Shown: positions 10,097 through 20,104, counted from the first letter of the stretch. The stretch is DNA of 64,000 nucleotides from Candidatus Woesearchaeota archaeon (GCA_018646625.1 JABGUJ010000002.1:226843-290842); one strand, 5' to 3'. The notes: generated from the sequence alone by a model not told the origin. Made by a program: numbers and translations.

Positions 10097-10665
10097 TTTT
10101 TTATTTGTTTGTGGAAAGCATTCATTTTATCTCTAGAAGTAGCCATTTTAATATTTGCTTCTTGAATTAACGATTCTATGTATTCTTTAGAACAAAGAAG
10201 TTTATTCTTTTCTGCAATGATTGTTTCCATACTTTCAGTGCCGCACATCTCTACAATAATTCTTTTTCTTGAACACATAATTCCTGCACGTTTGAAACCA
10301 ACATGTTTTGCTTTATCAACAATATCTTGCGCAGCTTCAATTGTTCTACAAGCAACATGAAATATAGGAGATTCTTGTTTGAACCAGAGTTTTAGTTCAG
10401 GAGGATTTGTGATGATTTCTTGTATTTTGTCAACAGTTATTGGATCGTGACTCACAAATAACCATTCTGCTTCGTGCTTTTTTCTAATCTTTGGGACTGC
10501 TATTAAGACAATTCTGCCGGCGCATGAAGATGTTGTGTAGTAATCTTCTGTTTTGTTTAGATCATCTATCAAGTCGATTATTGCATCATCTACATTGCCT
10601 TTCTTTGACTTGTCTGGCAAGTATAACTTGTCAAGGCATTCTTTTTTGTCTTTATCAAAGTCCAT
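10093..10665 (-). CDS. taw3: tRNA wybutosine-synthesis methyltransferase TYW3/Taw3
   Basis: DKSKKGNVD, YYTTSSCAGRI, WLFVSH, PIFHVACR, GFKRAGI. Confidence 0.9.
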   Translation of the reverse strand: MDFDKDKKECLDKLYLPDKSKKGNVDDAIIDLIDDLNKTEDYYTTSSCAGRIVLIAVPKIRKKHEAEWLFVSHDPITVDKIQEIITNPPELKLWFKQESPIFHVACRTIEAAQDIVDKAKHVGFKRAGIMCSRKRIIVEMCGTESMETIIAEKNKLLCSKEYIESLIQEANIKMATSRDKMNAFHKQIKN

Positions 10666-10689
10666 ACTTAGAGAATTAGGTTACTATTT

Positions 10690-11523
10690 TTATTTCTTGT
10701 TGTATGCAATAACGATTTTCGGCTTTTCACCTGGTTTGTGCTTACCTAAACGGTATTTCTTAATATGATCTGGAATGATGGTATCATCAATGTAAACATG
10801 GTTATAATATCTTAAGCAACCTATCGCATCTAATACTTCTTGCCCAGATTCTTCTAATATTGCGGCGCCGCTAAGTCTTAAATTCTGTAGATCTCTTAGA
10901 ATTAATAAAATTAATATCAGTACCGTAGACAGTAATACGGTAACAACTTGAGAATATATTGCATCAGTCTTTAGATAAAATAAGCTGAATAGCACAATAC
11001 CGATTAATAAGAATAGTACACCCCATTGTCCTTTTGTCAGTTTTTCTATACCTAAAACGGATGTTTGATTTCTTCGTTCTTCAATTTTCAATAGGTAATC
11101 AGTCATTGAAGAAAAACATTTGAATTTATTGGGATTCTTTATTTTCTTTAATTCATCATAGATTGCTAAAAAATGTGGTGCAGAAGTTTTGTATGCATAA
11201 GGAACATCAAAATCATAGCAAGCAACATAGTATTTGTCAATCTTTTCCCTAATTTTATCAGAAAAACGTTTCCCATTGAGCTCTGCAATTTTGTAGAGAG
11301 CCAACCAATAACCATCCTCTGATGCAACTAAACTTCTTATCGCATTATATCTAGAACTAAGACGTGAGATGAAGAATCCAGATAGAATTGCTAAAAGAAA
11401 TGTGCTAACTGTTAGAATAATCTCAACTTCATCGGAAGGACCTTTGCCAGGTATGAAAATAACTGCAATTACAAAGACGACAAATGCAAAGAAACTACCC
11501 TGTACAGAATGAATGTATCTCAT
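10690..11523 (-). CDS. Integral membrane protein (4 TM, bestrophin/DUF4239-like topology)
   Basis: Two N-terminal and two C-terminal TM helices flanking a helical soluble region; 4-bp overlap with the upstream gene. Confidence 0.6.
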   Translation of the reverse strand: MRYIHSVQGSFFAFVVFVIAVIFIPGKGPSDEVEIILTVSTFLLAILSGFFISRLSSRYNAIRSLVASEDGYWLALYKIAELNGKRFSDKIREKIDKYYVACYDFDVPYAYKTSAPHFLAIYDELKKIKNPNKFKCFSSMTDYLLKIEERRNQTSVLGIEKLTKGQWGVLFLLIGIVLFSLFYLKTDAIYSQVVTVLLSTVLILILLILRDLQNLRLSGAAILEESGQEVLDAIGCLRYYNHVYIDDTIIPDHIKKYRLGKHKPGEKPKIVIAYNKK

Positions 11524-12329
11524 TTTTTGGATTCAATTAACCGTTTCATCTCATTAACAAAGCTGAACGCCATCTTGTAATATTTATCATAACTTGCACC
11601 AGGCATCTCTCTTATTTCTCGATGAATAATTTGTTTTGAAAGTTTATAGAACACTCGCATAGTGTGTGCATATTTTTTATCAAGTCTTCCTGCTTTCACA
11701 AGTTTTTCTTCAAGAAGATCTGCTACATGTTCAGGACTTGGTGGGACTTGATGATATTTCATTAGTGCAGCATGTGCTGCATCAATAACCGCCCAATATA
11801 GATCTAAAGTTGCTTGTAAAATGTGCCACTTTGAATTGTGCATAGTGGCGGGAGCTTTCACAAAGTATGCCCATGTTGCTTCAGGTGTTGGCCTTATTCG
11901 ACCTTTCGCAAGAAGAGCTTGCAACGGATTAAAGAATCCAGCGTCCAGAATAGGTACACCATCTCTTAGAATATTTAATGCAATTGGATCTCCTGATCTT
12001 ACATATTCCCAGAAGGAAGTTAGTTTTAATGTAGTTACATGAATCTTTCTTGAAACATCGTTTACTGCTTTTTCTACAATGATTCTGTATGCTTCAACAA
12101 GATGATCATTCATGATAATAGTTACGTCATCTACAATGATTAAGATATCAATATCAGATTTATCAGAAGTGCCCACCGTTTTTGCCGCGCTACCGAATAA
12201 TACAATCCCTTTTACAAATTCTTCAAACTCTTTAACAATAACTTTAGAAAACTTCAGAGAGATCTCAAACTCATCCTTCGAATAATTTTCCTGATTCTTA
12301 TGCGGCTGTGGTTCGCTCTTAAAACGCAA
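11520..12329 (-). CDS. Nucleotidyltransferase (MNT) domain fused to HEPN-like domain
   Basis: VLFGSAAK...SDIDILIIVDD; C-terminal LYWAVIDAAHAAL...PSPEH HEPN-like helices; TTG start. Confidence 0.75.
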   Translation of the reverse strand: MRFKSEPQPHKNQENYSKDEFEISLKFSKVIVKEFEEFVKGIVLFGSAAKTVGTSDKSDIDILIIVDDVTIIMNDHLVEAYRIIVEKAVNDVSRKIHVTTLKLTSFWEYVRSGDPIALNILRDGVPILDAGFFNPLQALLAKGRIRPTPEATWAYFVKAPATMHNSKWHILQATLDLYWAVIDAAHAALMKYHQVPPSPEHVADLLEEKLVKAGRLDKKYAHTMRVFYKLSKQIIHREIREMPGASYDKYYKMAFSFVNEMKRLIESKK

Positions 12330-12436
12330 TATTTACACCCCTTTTTTAAATGTTAATCTGAAACTGAGTTTATTAAGTTTGTTAACCATTAGAAGATAGT
12401 CAATGAGGCAAATAATAAGAAGCAATATAAAGTAGT

Positions 12437-12452
12437 GGGACAAATTTGTCAT
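12437..12452. promoter_or_regulatory. Palindromic operator candidate GGGACA-AATT-TGTCAT
   Basis: Between the AATATAAA box (~12424) and the ATG at 12454; related sites at 14579, 19734, 19809, 20114, 22040, 27926. Confidence 0.6.
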
Positions 12453-12453
12453 T

Positions 12454-13104
12454 ATGGTTGAGCACAGAGATCTAGAGAGAGAAGTAAGGAATACGGAAAA
12501 GATAGTTTCAGAGGCTATGCATAGAATAGCAGGTGTGACGATTGCAGAATTGAATAAAGACATTACAGCAAAGCTTGAAAAAAATCCCTTATTCGATTTT
12601 AAGATAAATACAAACATACCTTTCAAAACATCTAAAAAATTGTTCAAGAAAGAGTACCTTAGAAGATTGTTACAAACTAACTTAGGAAATATTTCTTTGG
12701 CGGCCAAAGTTGCGGATATAGACAGGCGTTCAATTCATAGATTGATTAATGAAACAGGAATAGAAGTTGGTAGAATACGAGAAGAAATGATAAGACCGTA
12801 CGAGATTAAAAGAGAAGCAGTCAATCACATGATTGAGAATGCATTAGATCAATATAGAACAATAATCCATCCTGACAAATTGAAAGAAATGTATAGAGGA
12901 GTTAGTGAAGTTAGTGAAGATATTCTAGAAGATTTACCAGTTAATCAGTTAACTATGAAAGAAGCGGAAGAAGAATTTGAAAAAGCATATCTTAGAAAAG
13001 CACTTGAAGATGCTAGAGGTTCTGTTACTAAGGCAGCCAGAAAAATTGGATTAAGGTATGAAACTCTGCATAGGAAAGCTAAGAAATTAGGTATTGTTGA
13101 GTAA
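12454..13104 (+). CDS. Tandem Fis-type (HTH_8) DNA-binding protein
   Basis: Two Fis-like modules: FKKEYLRRLLQTNLGNISLAAKVADIDRRSIHRLI and FEKAYLRKALEDARGSVTKAARKIGLRYETLHRKAKKLGI. Confidence 0.8.
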   Translation: MVEHRDLEREVRNTEKIVSEAMHRIAGVTIAELNKDITAKLEKNPLFDFKINTNIPFKTSKKLFKKEYLRRLLQTNLGNISLAAKVADIDRRSIHRLINETGIEVGRIREEMIRPYEIKREAVNHMIENALDQYRTIIHPDKLKEMYRGVSEVSEDILEDLPVNQLTMKEAEEEFEKAYLRKALEDARGSVTKAARKIGLRYETLHRKAKKLGIVE

Positions 13105-14544
13105 ATAACTTGTAAATTCCATCGGTCTTCTTACTGCATTTGTTCTGAAATCATCTCCCAAGAATCTAAAAGAGGCTCTGCCAGGTTTTGAATTAATTTC
13201 TATAATGTATAGATCTCCTTTTGTATCTACCATGATATCAATCGCTATTTCGCATAGTTTTTTTCTTAAGTGATCCTCGATTGCATGGAAAGTTTTGAAA
13301 GATGCGTTTTCTATTTTCTTCTTAAACTCACTTCTAAATGCTGATGCACCAAATAAATTATTTAGTACTTTACTAACCCTTTGATTAGAGCCGCCAGTGT
13401 GAAGATTAGAGGTGATTTGTCCAGGAGTAGATACTCTTGCCACCATTCCCGTTAGTCTTAACTTACCCCTATTATTTTTTTGGATAAGCACTCTGATATC
13501 AAAAACAGCATTGTTGTACTTAGTTACAGCTATTCCTTGTTGCACAATATAGTTTCCAGAAACGAATTGGCTTATCGAGTTGAGTTGTGATGATTTGAAT
13601 TTCTGATTGTTTGGTTTGAGTAAATAACCATCTTGTGTTTTACTTAATGACATAATTCCGATCCCTTGGCTACCCCTCCGTGGTTTTAGGAAAACTACAG
13701 AGTGTTTTGCAATCATCGTCTTTAAGTTTGGCAATGAGTACAGCATTGTTTCTGCTTGTTTTGTTTCGGAAGTAGCTGTTATTCCGGCTCTATTTAGTAC
13801 AGAGTAGGATTGCCATTTATCTCCTGCAAGACCAATTAACTCAGGAGGGTTTACTAGAATCATGCCCGCTTTTTCTAATTTTGTTCTGAAAGTGGAAGGT
13901 ATTCCTGTTGCACGATCATAAACTACTTTTGGGAAAGACACTTTCCGTCTAACCCAAAGTTTTTTTCCAGATCCTGAAGTTATTATAAAATTTGCATCTA
14001 ACGACTTTTTTTCAAAGTTCACATCTGACTCTCCAAAAGTAAAAACACACAAACCTAAATCATGACCTACTTCTACTAAAGACTTGTAAAAATTATTTGA
14101 TTCACCATAAAGTCTGCCATCCTCAGATGGTTTTGCTAATATTCCCACCTTTGGTCTTGAGAATGCAGGTAATGTAACGTTAGTGAGAGTCTCAATATAA
14201 TCATTTAGTTTTGTTACAGTTCCTTTTGGTAGCCCTTTTAGATAGTTCATTGCGTTTGCATCTCCTTTGTGTGCACTTCTTACTCTTTCAATAAACCTAA
14301 GCCAATAAAGAAATTCGGTGTCGCCTAATCCTTGCTCACGTAGTATGCGAAAATCTTTCAATAGTAGTTTTACTCTTTGTTCTCGTATTTTTGTTTTCCA
14401 GAAGATCCTAAAGTTACTTAACCTTAATTCCGATATCTCACCAGCTAACTTGTTTAGCTTTTTTGCAACACGTTTGTTTACCACATCATTATCCGAGATT
14501 AGAAAGTATAAAAAGTTATTTAGAAAAATGGTTTCAGTGGACAA
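13087..14544 (-). CDS. YheC/YheD-family ATP-grasp protein (start uncertain)
   Basis: PKVVYDR, DKWQSY, FLKPRRGSQGIGI, YIVQQGI, FDIRVLIQK, TSNLHTGG, IDIMVD, IIEINSKPG. Confidence 0.85.
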   Translation of the reverse strand: MSTETIFLNNFLYFLISDNDVVNKRVAKKLNKLAGEISELRLSNFRIFWKTKIREQRVKLLLKDFRILREQGLGDTEFLYWLRFIERVRSAHKGDANAMNYLKGLPKGTVTKLNDYIETLTNVTLPAFSRPKVGILAKPSEDGRLYGESNNFYKSLVEVGHDLGLCVFTFGESDVNFEKKSLDANFIITSGSGKKLWVRRKVSFPKVVYDRATGIPSTFRTKLEKAGMILVNPPELIGLAGDKWQSYSVLNRAGITATSETKQAETMLYSLPNLKTMIAKHSVVFLKPRRGSQGIGIMSLSKTQDGYLLKPNNQKFKSSQLNSISQFVSGNYIVQQGIAVTKYNNAVFDIRVLIQKNNRGKLRLTGMVARVSTPGQITSNLHTGGSNQRVSKVLNNLFGASAFRSEFKKKIENASFKTFHAIEDHLRKKLCEIAIDIMVDTKGDLYIIEINSKPGRASFRFLGDDFRTNAVRRPMEFTSYLLNNT

Positions 14545-14687
14545 TTAGGCAGTAAAACTACTTCTCAGGGACTAGTCTATGATATTATTGTCTCAGATCT
14601 AGTTATTGATTGATATCTATATTTATATCCCCTGAGGACATATTATACCCTATATGAGATAAAAGTCTCATCAGGAGGACTATATAA

Positions 14688-15620
14688 ATGGGCTATTGTG
14701 GCGGTGGGTGCTGCGGTGATGGATATTGCGGTTCAGGAATAGAGAAGATAGTTACTTACGCTAGATCTAACTTTGATTATTCGCAAGATTTGGGAGGATT
14801 TGATCCACACTATCAACAGAAAGCAGCAATGTCGGAGTCAGTCGCATCTCCAAAATATTTAGATAATATTGATAGTGCAATCCATAGTGCATCTTACATG
14901 GTTCGTACTAGTGCTCATGATGATATGGGTGGCGGTAATGCATTTAACTTTGGCGCAGAAAGAGATGACCTATACAAAAAGAAGAAACAAGAAGAAGATA
15001 GTGTAAGTTCAAATTATAATAATTCCACACCCACAACTAATGATGGCGTAACAACGGTTAAACCATTCATCAATCCTTGGATTAAAACGGAATTCATTGG
15101 AGAGGCTAGCGCGATAAAACAATCTGTCGAGGAGAGTTTTGAAAAAGTAACAGGCAAAGAATTTCCAAGCAATATTACGATTGAAGTTGCAAATGAAAAA
15201 AGATTTGATGAATTGCATAAACATTTTGGTGGTAAGCCAACAGCAGGTTTGCAAGGTTTTGCAATAAATAGAAAACATGAAGGTGGAGTTAGCCATGTTG
15301 TTGTTAAGAGTGCACAATTAGCTCATGTTATGTTAGTAGTAGGACATGAGATAGGTCATTTGATGAGTAAGACTTTGTTAAATAAACAAGATGAAGAAGC
15401 TAAAGCTTATGCGTTTGAAATGGCTTGGCTTAAAGCAATCTATGAGCATAACATCGCAGGACTGAGAAGTGTAATTAATATCGACGGCGCACCTGCAAAG
15501 AATGGATTGCACGATGTGGCATTCGAGTTTGTTCAAAAATTATTGAGAGAAGGTAAAGATTCATTAGAGATTGTTGCACAGATAGTTAGCGGCGAGATTC
15601 ACGTTGGTTCTGTTCTCTAG
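14688..15620 (+). CDS. Hypothetical protein with C-terminal zincin-like HEXXH domain and Cys/Gly-rich N-terminus
   Basis: GHEIGHL followed by EEAKAYAF; N-terminal MGYCGGGCCGDGYCGSG; AGGAGG SD. Confidence 0.6.
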   Translation: MGYCGGGCCGDGYCGSGIEKIVTYARSNFDYSQDLGGFDPHYQQKAAMSESVASPKYLDNIDSAIHSASYMVRTSAHDDMGGGNAFNFGAERDDLYKKKKQEEDSVSSNYNNSTPTTNDGVTTVKPFINPWIKTEFIGEASAIKQSVEESFEKVTGKEFPSNITIEVANEKRFDELHKHFGGKPTAGLQGFAINRKHEGGVSHVVVKSAQLAHVMLVVGHEIGHLMSKTLLNKQDEEAKAYAFEMAWLKAIYEHNIAGLRSVINIDGAPAKNGLHDVAFEFVQKLLREGKDSLEIVAQIVSGEIHVGSVL

Positions 15621-16375
15621 GGTTTTGCTATAGACCACATAACATTAAAGTATTGTAAGAATGACTTTGCAACTTCTTGACTAGTGATTCTAATGACCAA
15701 CGGTTCTTTGGTTAAAATAAGTATACAAGATCTATTTTTGTATAACAATATTTCAGCAGGTGTTGATTGTTGAATAAACCGCACATTACATGACTTTGAT
15801 TCAACAAAAAAATTAATTCTCTCTTTTCTTGGTCTTAGATCCTCGTTGAAGACTATGTTTGTTATGATTCCTTTTTTTTCTCTCTTTAGAGAATAATTCA
15901 AGAAAAATCTGTCAGCTTGCTCATCTGATTCACCTTTGCTCGCACCAAAAACAAAATTGTCTTCTCCTTTTTCACATTCTTGTATTAAATCCTCAAATAT
16001 TGTTCTCATACCATTCCAACCTTGAAATACTTCCACATTGACTTTCTCTTTTGCTTCTTGGAACTTTAATAATAATGAAGGCAACAAAGAATTTACGAAC
16101 TCTTTCTCGTTTTTTATTTCATCTTCTTTTCGATCTAGAAAATCAAGAATATGTCTTGGATTAGCAGGACTAAAATGTGCAACCCCGTTCTTTTCCACTT
16201 TAGAAATTATTCCCTTATCTTGAAGTCTATTTGTCACATCATATATGTTACTAGGTGCAATTCCAGAATTCTTTGCTAAAGTCGTTTTAGTGCATTCGCC
16301 AAGCTCAAGAAGTGCCTGATATACTTTTATCTCCCCTTCTGTAAGCCCTATCCTCTTCAAATCATGCAAATCCAT
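15617..16375 (-). CDS. TrmB-family transcriptional regulator
   Basis: GLTEGEIKVYQALLELG...IYDVTNRLQDKGII wHTH; C-terminal effector domain ending FNVMWSIAK. Confidence 0.85.
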   Translation of the reverse strand: MDLHDLKRIGLTEGEIKVYQALLELGECTKTTLAKNSGIAPSNIYDVTNRLQDKGIISKVEKNGVAHFSPANPRHILDFLDRKEDEIKNEKEFVNSLLPSLLLKFQEAKEKVNVEVFQGWNGMRTIFEDLIQECEKGEDNFVFGASKGESDEQADRFFLNYSLKREKKGIITNIVFNEDLRPRKERINFFVESKSCNVRFIQQSTPAEILLYKNRSCILILTKEPLVIRITSQEVAKSFLQYFNVMWSIAKP

Positions 16376-16454
16376 AGTCGTCTTGTAGAAGGACACCCTT
16401 GTTTATATACTTTTGTAGTTACTACTAAGTAAACACAAATGAGGTGGATGAAAA

Positions 16455-17561
16455 ATGAACAAAAAGAAAATAATGAGCGCATTGGTGTCCATAATGATTC
16501 TGGCACTCCTATCAGGATGTGCAGATCAAATAAATGGAAGAATTGTTGAAAATGATGAGATCGTAATAGGTTGGATCGGACCAATGACTGGACAGAGCGC
16601 AGTGTTAGGAATGGACAGCGCAGTAGCCGCAGAGATTGCAGTAGAAGAAATAAATATGGCAGGCGGTGTTTCAGGAAAGAAAATAAAATTAATTTTAGAA
16701 GATGATCAATACGATGTGAAAAAAACAGTTAGTGCATACCAGAAACTTGTTGATGTTGATGGTGCAAAGGTAATTGTTATTAGCACATATAGTGGTGTGT
16801 TTGCGTTATCAGAGAGAGCAAAACGTGATGGAGTTGTACTTGTTGATCCTTTGGATTGTAACAGCGCACTAACAGCATTAGGAGATCATGTATTTTGCCT
16901 TGCAACAGATTCAGAGAGTATTGCAGAAATACTTGCTGAAGAAGCAGAAAACGGCGAAGTAAAAAAATCAGGAATACTGTTTTTTCAGAGTGATGCATTT
17001 ATGCCTCTAGTAAAAGATGTATTCGTATCAGAGTTTGATGGTGAAGTGGTTCTTGTAGAAGGATACTCTGTAGGAACGTCTGACTTCAGAACTTCAATTT
17101 CAAAAATGATAGAACAAGATGTTGAAGCAATTATCCTATTAGGATATGATGAAACAGGACTTGCAATGAAACAAGCAAGAACTTTAGGTTTTGAAGGTCA
17201 GTTTTATACAACTGGAACAGTAACTAGTCCTTCATTACAAGAAGCGGCTGAAGGAAATGCAGAAGGAACTGTGTTTGCATTCTGGGATGCACAAAAAGAT
17301 AAAGAACCTGCTAAGAGTTTTACTGCAAAATTTGTTGCCAAACAAGGAAGACCTGCGATATTAGATCTTGCAACTTATCCAACGTATGACACAGTTAAAG
17401 TGATAGCCAAAGCATTAGAATCTGATGATGTTAAACAAGGACTATTAGACATACAAGAGTTTGCAGGAACTACAGGTGATGTGAGTTTCTCCTCAGATGG
17501 ATCGGTAAGAATCAGAGAGAGTGCGTTTGTACTTCAAGATGGCTTTCCAGCGAAAGTCTAA
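16455..17561 (+). CDS. Branched-chain amino acid (LivJ-type) ABC substrate-binding lipoprotein
   Basis: LSGC lipobox, IGWIGPMTG, AVEEINMAGGVSGKKIKLILEDD, DFRTSISK. Confidence 0.85.
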   Translation: MNKKKIMSALVSIMILALLSGCADQINGRIVENDEIVIGWIGPMTGQSAVLGMDSAVAAEIAVEEINMAGGVSGKKIKLILEDDQYDVKKTVSAYQKLVDVDGAKVIVISTYSGVFALSERAKRDGVVLVDPLDCNSALTALGDHVFCLATDSESIAEILAEEAENGEVKKSGILFFQSDAFMPLVKDVFVSEFDGEVVLVEGYSVGTSDFRTSISKMIEQDVEAIILLGYDETGLAMKQARTLGFEGQFYTTGTVTSPSLQEAAEGNAEGTVFAFWDAQKDKEPAKSFTAKFVAKQGRPAILDLATYPTYDTVKVIAKALESDDVKQGLLDIQEFAGTTGDVSFSSDGSVRIRESAFVLQDGFPAKV

Positions 17562-18592
17562 TTTTTTCTTTTTTTAATATAATCTAAGTAAATTCCTTCA
17601 GTAAATGAAACCATGGTATGATCATTAAAGACCATTAACAGTTCGTATTGATTTAGATGTTCTGAACAAATGTTTCGTATTGCAATTAATTGATCTTGGA
17701 ACGCATCATGATCCTTTACTAATAGTTCTAATCGAAAATTCCAAGAGCCGAGAGTTTTATCTGCAAATAGAATTGTTTTATTCATTCTAAGAAACTGTTT
17801 AAACTTCTTTGCGAAATCTGTTGGAACCGTTTTTAAATTTAGTAGAAGCATATACCACAATAAATTAAGTTTGTTGTGTTCTATTACCGCCCTATATCCC
17901 CTAATTATTTTTTGTTCAAAAAGTTTCTTCATCCTGTAAGTTACAGCTTCAGGAGTTAAGCTTATCTTGTTCTTTTTTAATAACTTAGATATATTGACAA
18001 CATTCATTCGCGCATCTCGTGAAATTATACGAAGTATTTCATAGTCCGTAGTGTTTATCTTTGCACGACTCATCTCAGGATGTAGTTCAATGGTTTCATC
18101 ATGATGGTGTCTTTGATCTTCTTCTAATCCGTCTAGTGCAAGTTCAACCCCTTTGTATATCTCAACACCATTCAAAACTAAACGTTCTGCAACATTATCC
18201 TGAAACGCCTCAATCAATGTATTCAAATGAGAGTCAAATTCAACTCGGCTTCTTGAAATCATTACAAAGAAAATATCCCATTGCCCGCTAAGATTGGTTA
18301 ACCATTTTATGTAGGGATTATTTTTTATTATCTTTAGAATTCTACTTTCGGTTTCTCTATTGAAATCTTTTAATCTAAGGTAAACTTGATAAGTTATGTA
18401 ACCTAAAGCAGCAGTATCAACTAAAGTAATGTAATCTTTGATTAACCCCGAAGATTCTAAACGTTTTATTCTGTAGCTAACAACTTCCCTGCTTAAGCCA
18501 ACTTTCTTTGCAATTGCAGAATCACTTTGTCTACAATTAGCCCAAAGTTCGTTTATTATTCTCTTATCCTTCAGATCTAAATTATGAGGCAT
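17558..18592 (-). CDS. Lrp/AsnC-family regulator with duplicated HTH-RAM modules
   Basis: LDLKDKRIINELWANCRQSDSAIAKKVGLSREVVSYRIKRL plus a second HTH, DYEILRIISRDARM. Confidence 0.85.
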   Translation of the reverse strand: MPHNLDLKDKRIINELWANCRQSDSAIAKKVGLSREVVSYRIKRLESSGLIKDYITLVDTAALGYITYQVYLRLKDFNRETESRILKIIKNNPYIKWLTNLSGQWDIFFVMISRSRVEFDSHLNTLIEAFQDNVAERLVLNGVEIYKGVELALDGLEEDQRHHHDETIELHPEMSRAKINTTDYEILRIISRDARMNVVNISKLLKKNKISLTPEAVTYRMKKLFEQKIIRGYRAVIEHNKLNLLWYMLLLNLKTVPTDFAKKFKQFLRMNKTILFADKTLGSWNFRLELLVKDHDAFQDQLIAIRNICSEHLNQYELLMVFNDHTMVSFTEGIYLDYIKKRKN

Positions 18593-18730
18593 ATAATTGG
18601 TTAACTAAAAATAATATATAAATCTTTTTGTTTTTGTAAAAATATTGATCGCTTATTTCTAATAGCTGAAAAACATTGTTAATGATAGAAAGGTGTTTGG
18701 TTGACAGTACAGAAATTGGAGGTGTACCAC

Positions 18731-19726
18731 ATGTCAGACGCAGAAATATATTTCTTAGGTGTAAGAGGATCCATACCTGCACCATCTTGTAATCGGCTTG
18801 ATGGCAGCGAGTTTCACACTTTAAGGTATGGGGGCAACACAACTTGTCTTTATGTAAAGACACCAAAAGGAAGACACCACATTCTTGATGCAGGTTCAGG
18901 TATAAGAGAATTAGGTTTGTACCTAGGAGAACATGAAAGTTTCAAAATGCCTGGCGATGGTAGTGATGTAGAAGGCAAAGAAGCTAACTTATTTATTAGC
19001 CATACACACTGGGACCACATACAAGGATTTCCATTTTTTAAACCCGCATATGCTAAAGGCAATCAAATAAATGTTTATGGACAAGCACAAATTACTGGAG
19101 ATTTAGTTAAAGCAGTTACCAGTCAAACCGAACACCCAGAGGTACTAGCGAACATAGCTGGATGTCTCGAGGTCAACGGTGCGGGAATAAGGGAAGTTCT
19201 TGCTCGTCAACAAGAGTCAAGAACTTTCCCCGCACCTTTACAAATAATGGGCGGACTTGGCAAGTTTACTGATTTTATTCCAGGAGGGAGAATATACAAC
19301 GATGATGAGATGATTGTAGGATCACATCTTATGAATCATCCAGGTGGTTGCGTATCTTATAAATTTAAAAAAACAGATGGAGGAATGTTTGTTTTTGCCA
19401 CAGACTTTGAACCTGACTTTACTGATCACGATGAAAAGGTGATCGCATTTTGGACAGGAGCAAATGTTGTTTACGCAGATGGACAGTATGAAGATGATTC
19501 CAAAGTAATTCCATTTATGAAAACATGGGGTCACTCAACATATCAAAGGAATATAATTATGGCAGCGGAAGCAGGAATCGATCTGTTAATTTTGGGCCAT
19601 CATGACCCTTTAGCAGATGATTCTTATCTGATGGCAATGGAAGATAGAGCCAAAGCCTATGCTAGAAGAACGAAAGCAGGATTAGACGTAATTGTAGCAA
19701 AAGAAGGCACACATATTGGTTTTTGA
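18731..19726 (+). CDS. MBL-fold metallo-hydrolase (RNase Z / phosphodiesterase-like)
   Basis: GVRGSIP, YGGNTTC, LDAGSG, SHTHWDHIQG, ATDFE, WGHS, GHHDP; GGAGG SD before ATG 18731. Confidence 0.85.
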   Translation: MSDAEIYFLGVRGSIPAPSCNRLDGSEFHTLRYGGNTTCLYVKTPKGRHHILDAGSGIRELGLYLGEHESFKMPGDGSDVEGKEANLFISHTHWDHIQGFPFFKPAYAKGNQINVYGQAQITGDLVKAVTSQTEHPEVLANIAGCLEVNGAGIREVLARQQESRTFPAPLQIMGGLGKFTDFIPGGRIYNDDEMIVGSHLMNHPGGCVSYKFKKTDGGMFVFATDFEPDFTDHDEKVIAFWTGANVVYADGQYEDDSKVIPFMKTWGHSTYQRNIIMAAEAGIDLLILGHHDPLADDSYLMAMEDRAKAYARRTKAGLDVIVAKEGTHIGF

Positions 19727-19849
19727 GACACTTGTGATTTTTTTGTCTCATTTCTTTATTCTTCTATACAATTTTGTTTATAAAGCTGTGATGCTTTATA
19801 CCTTATTAGTGACAATAGAGTCACAGCTAGATGATAGTATAAACGAGGT

Positions 19850-20104
19850 ATGAAAATGGCAGATGAACAAAACGTAAGCAAAGATGAACAAATCGGATTT
19901 CATAAAGGAGCACTAAGCACACTTGTAAAAGAAAGAGAAGAGATGAGTAAAATTCTTAGCATTGTTGAACAACTTATGCAAATGCATGTTAAAGCATTAA
20001 AAGAATTAGGCGTAGATTTAGAAGCTATGGCTAAAGAAGCACAAGCTGGTCAAGATAGTGCACCGAAAGGAGATGACAAACCTCTTGAGTCTGCATTAAA
20101 ATAA
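19850..20104 (+). CDS. Small helical hypothetical protein
   Basis: GAGGT SD, coiled-coil-like IGFHKGALSTLVKEREEM; T-rich terminator. Confidence 0.7.
   Translation: MKMADEQNVSKDEQIGFHKGALSTLVKEREEMSKILSIVEQLMQMHVKALKELGVDLEAMAKEAQAGQDSAPKGDDKPLESALK

Noticed and set aside
12333..12707. 124-aa antisense ORF and other short antisense ORFs within long genes
   Set aside because: They lie opposite well-supported genes, have no motifs, and show shadow-frame composition.
16390..16405. AGGACA-CCCT-TGTTTA (and TTGACA-TTC-TGTTAA near 31540) as members of the GACA-N4-TGTC motif
   Set aside because: One half-site is poor or the spacing is wrong; plausible by chance in AT-rich DNA.
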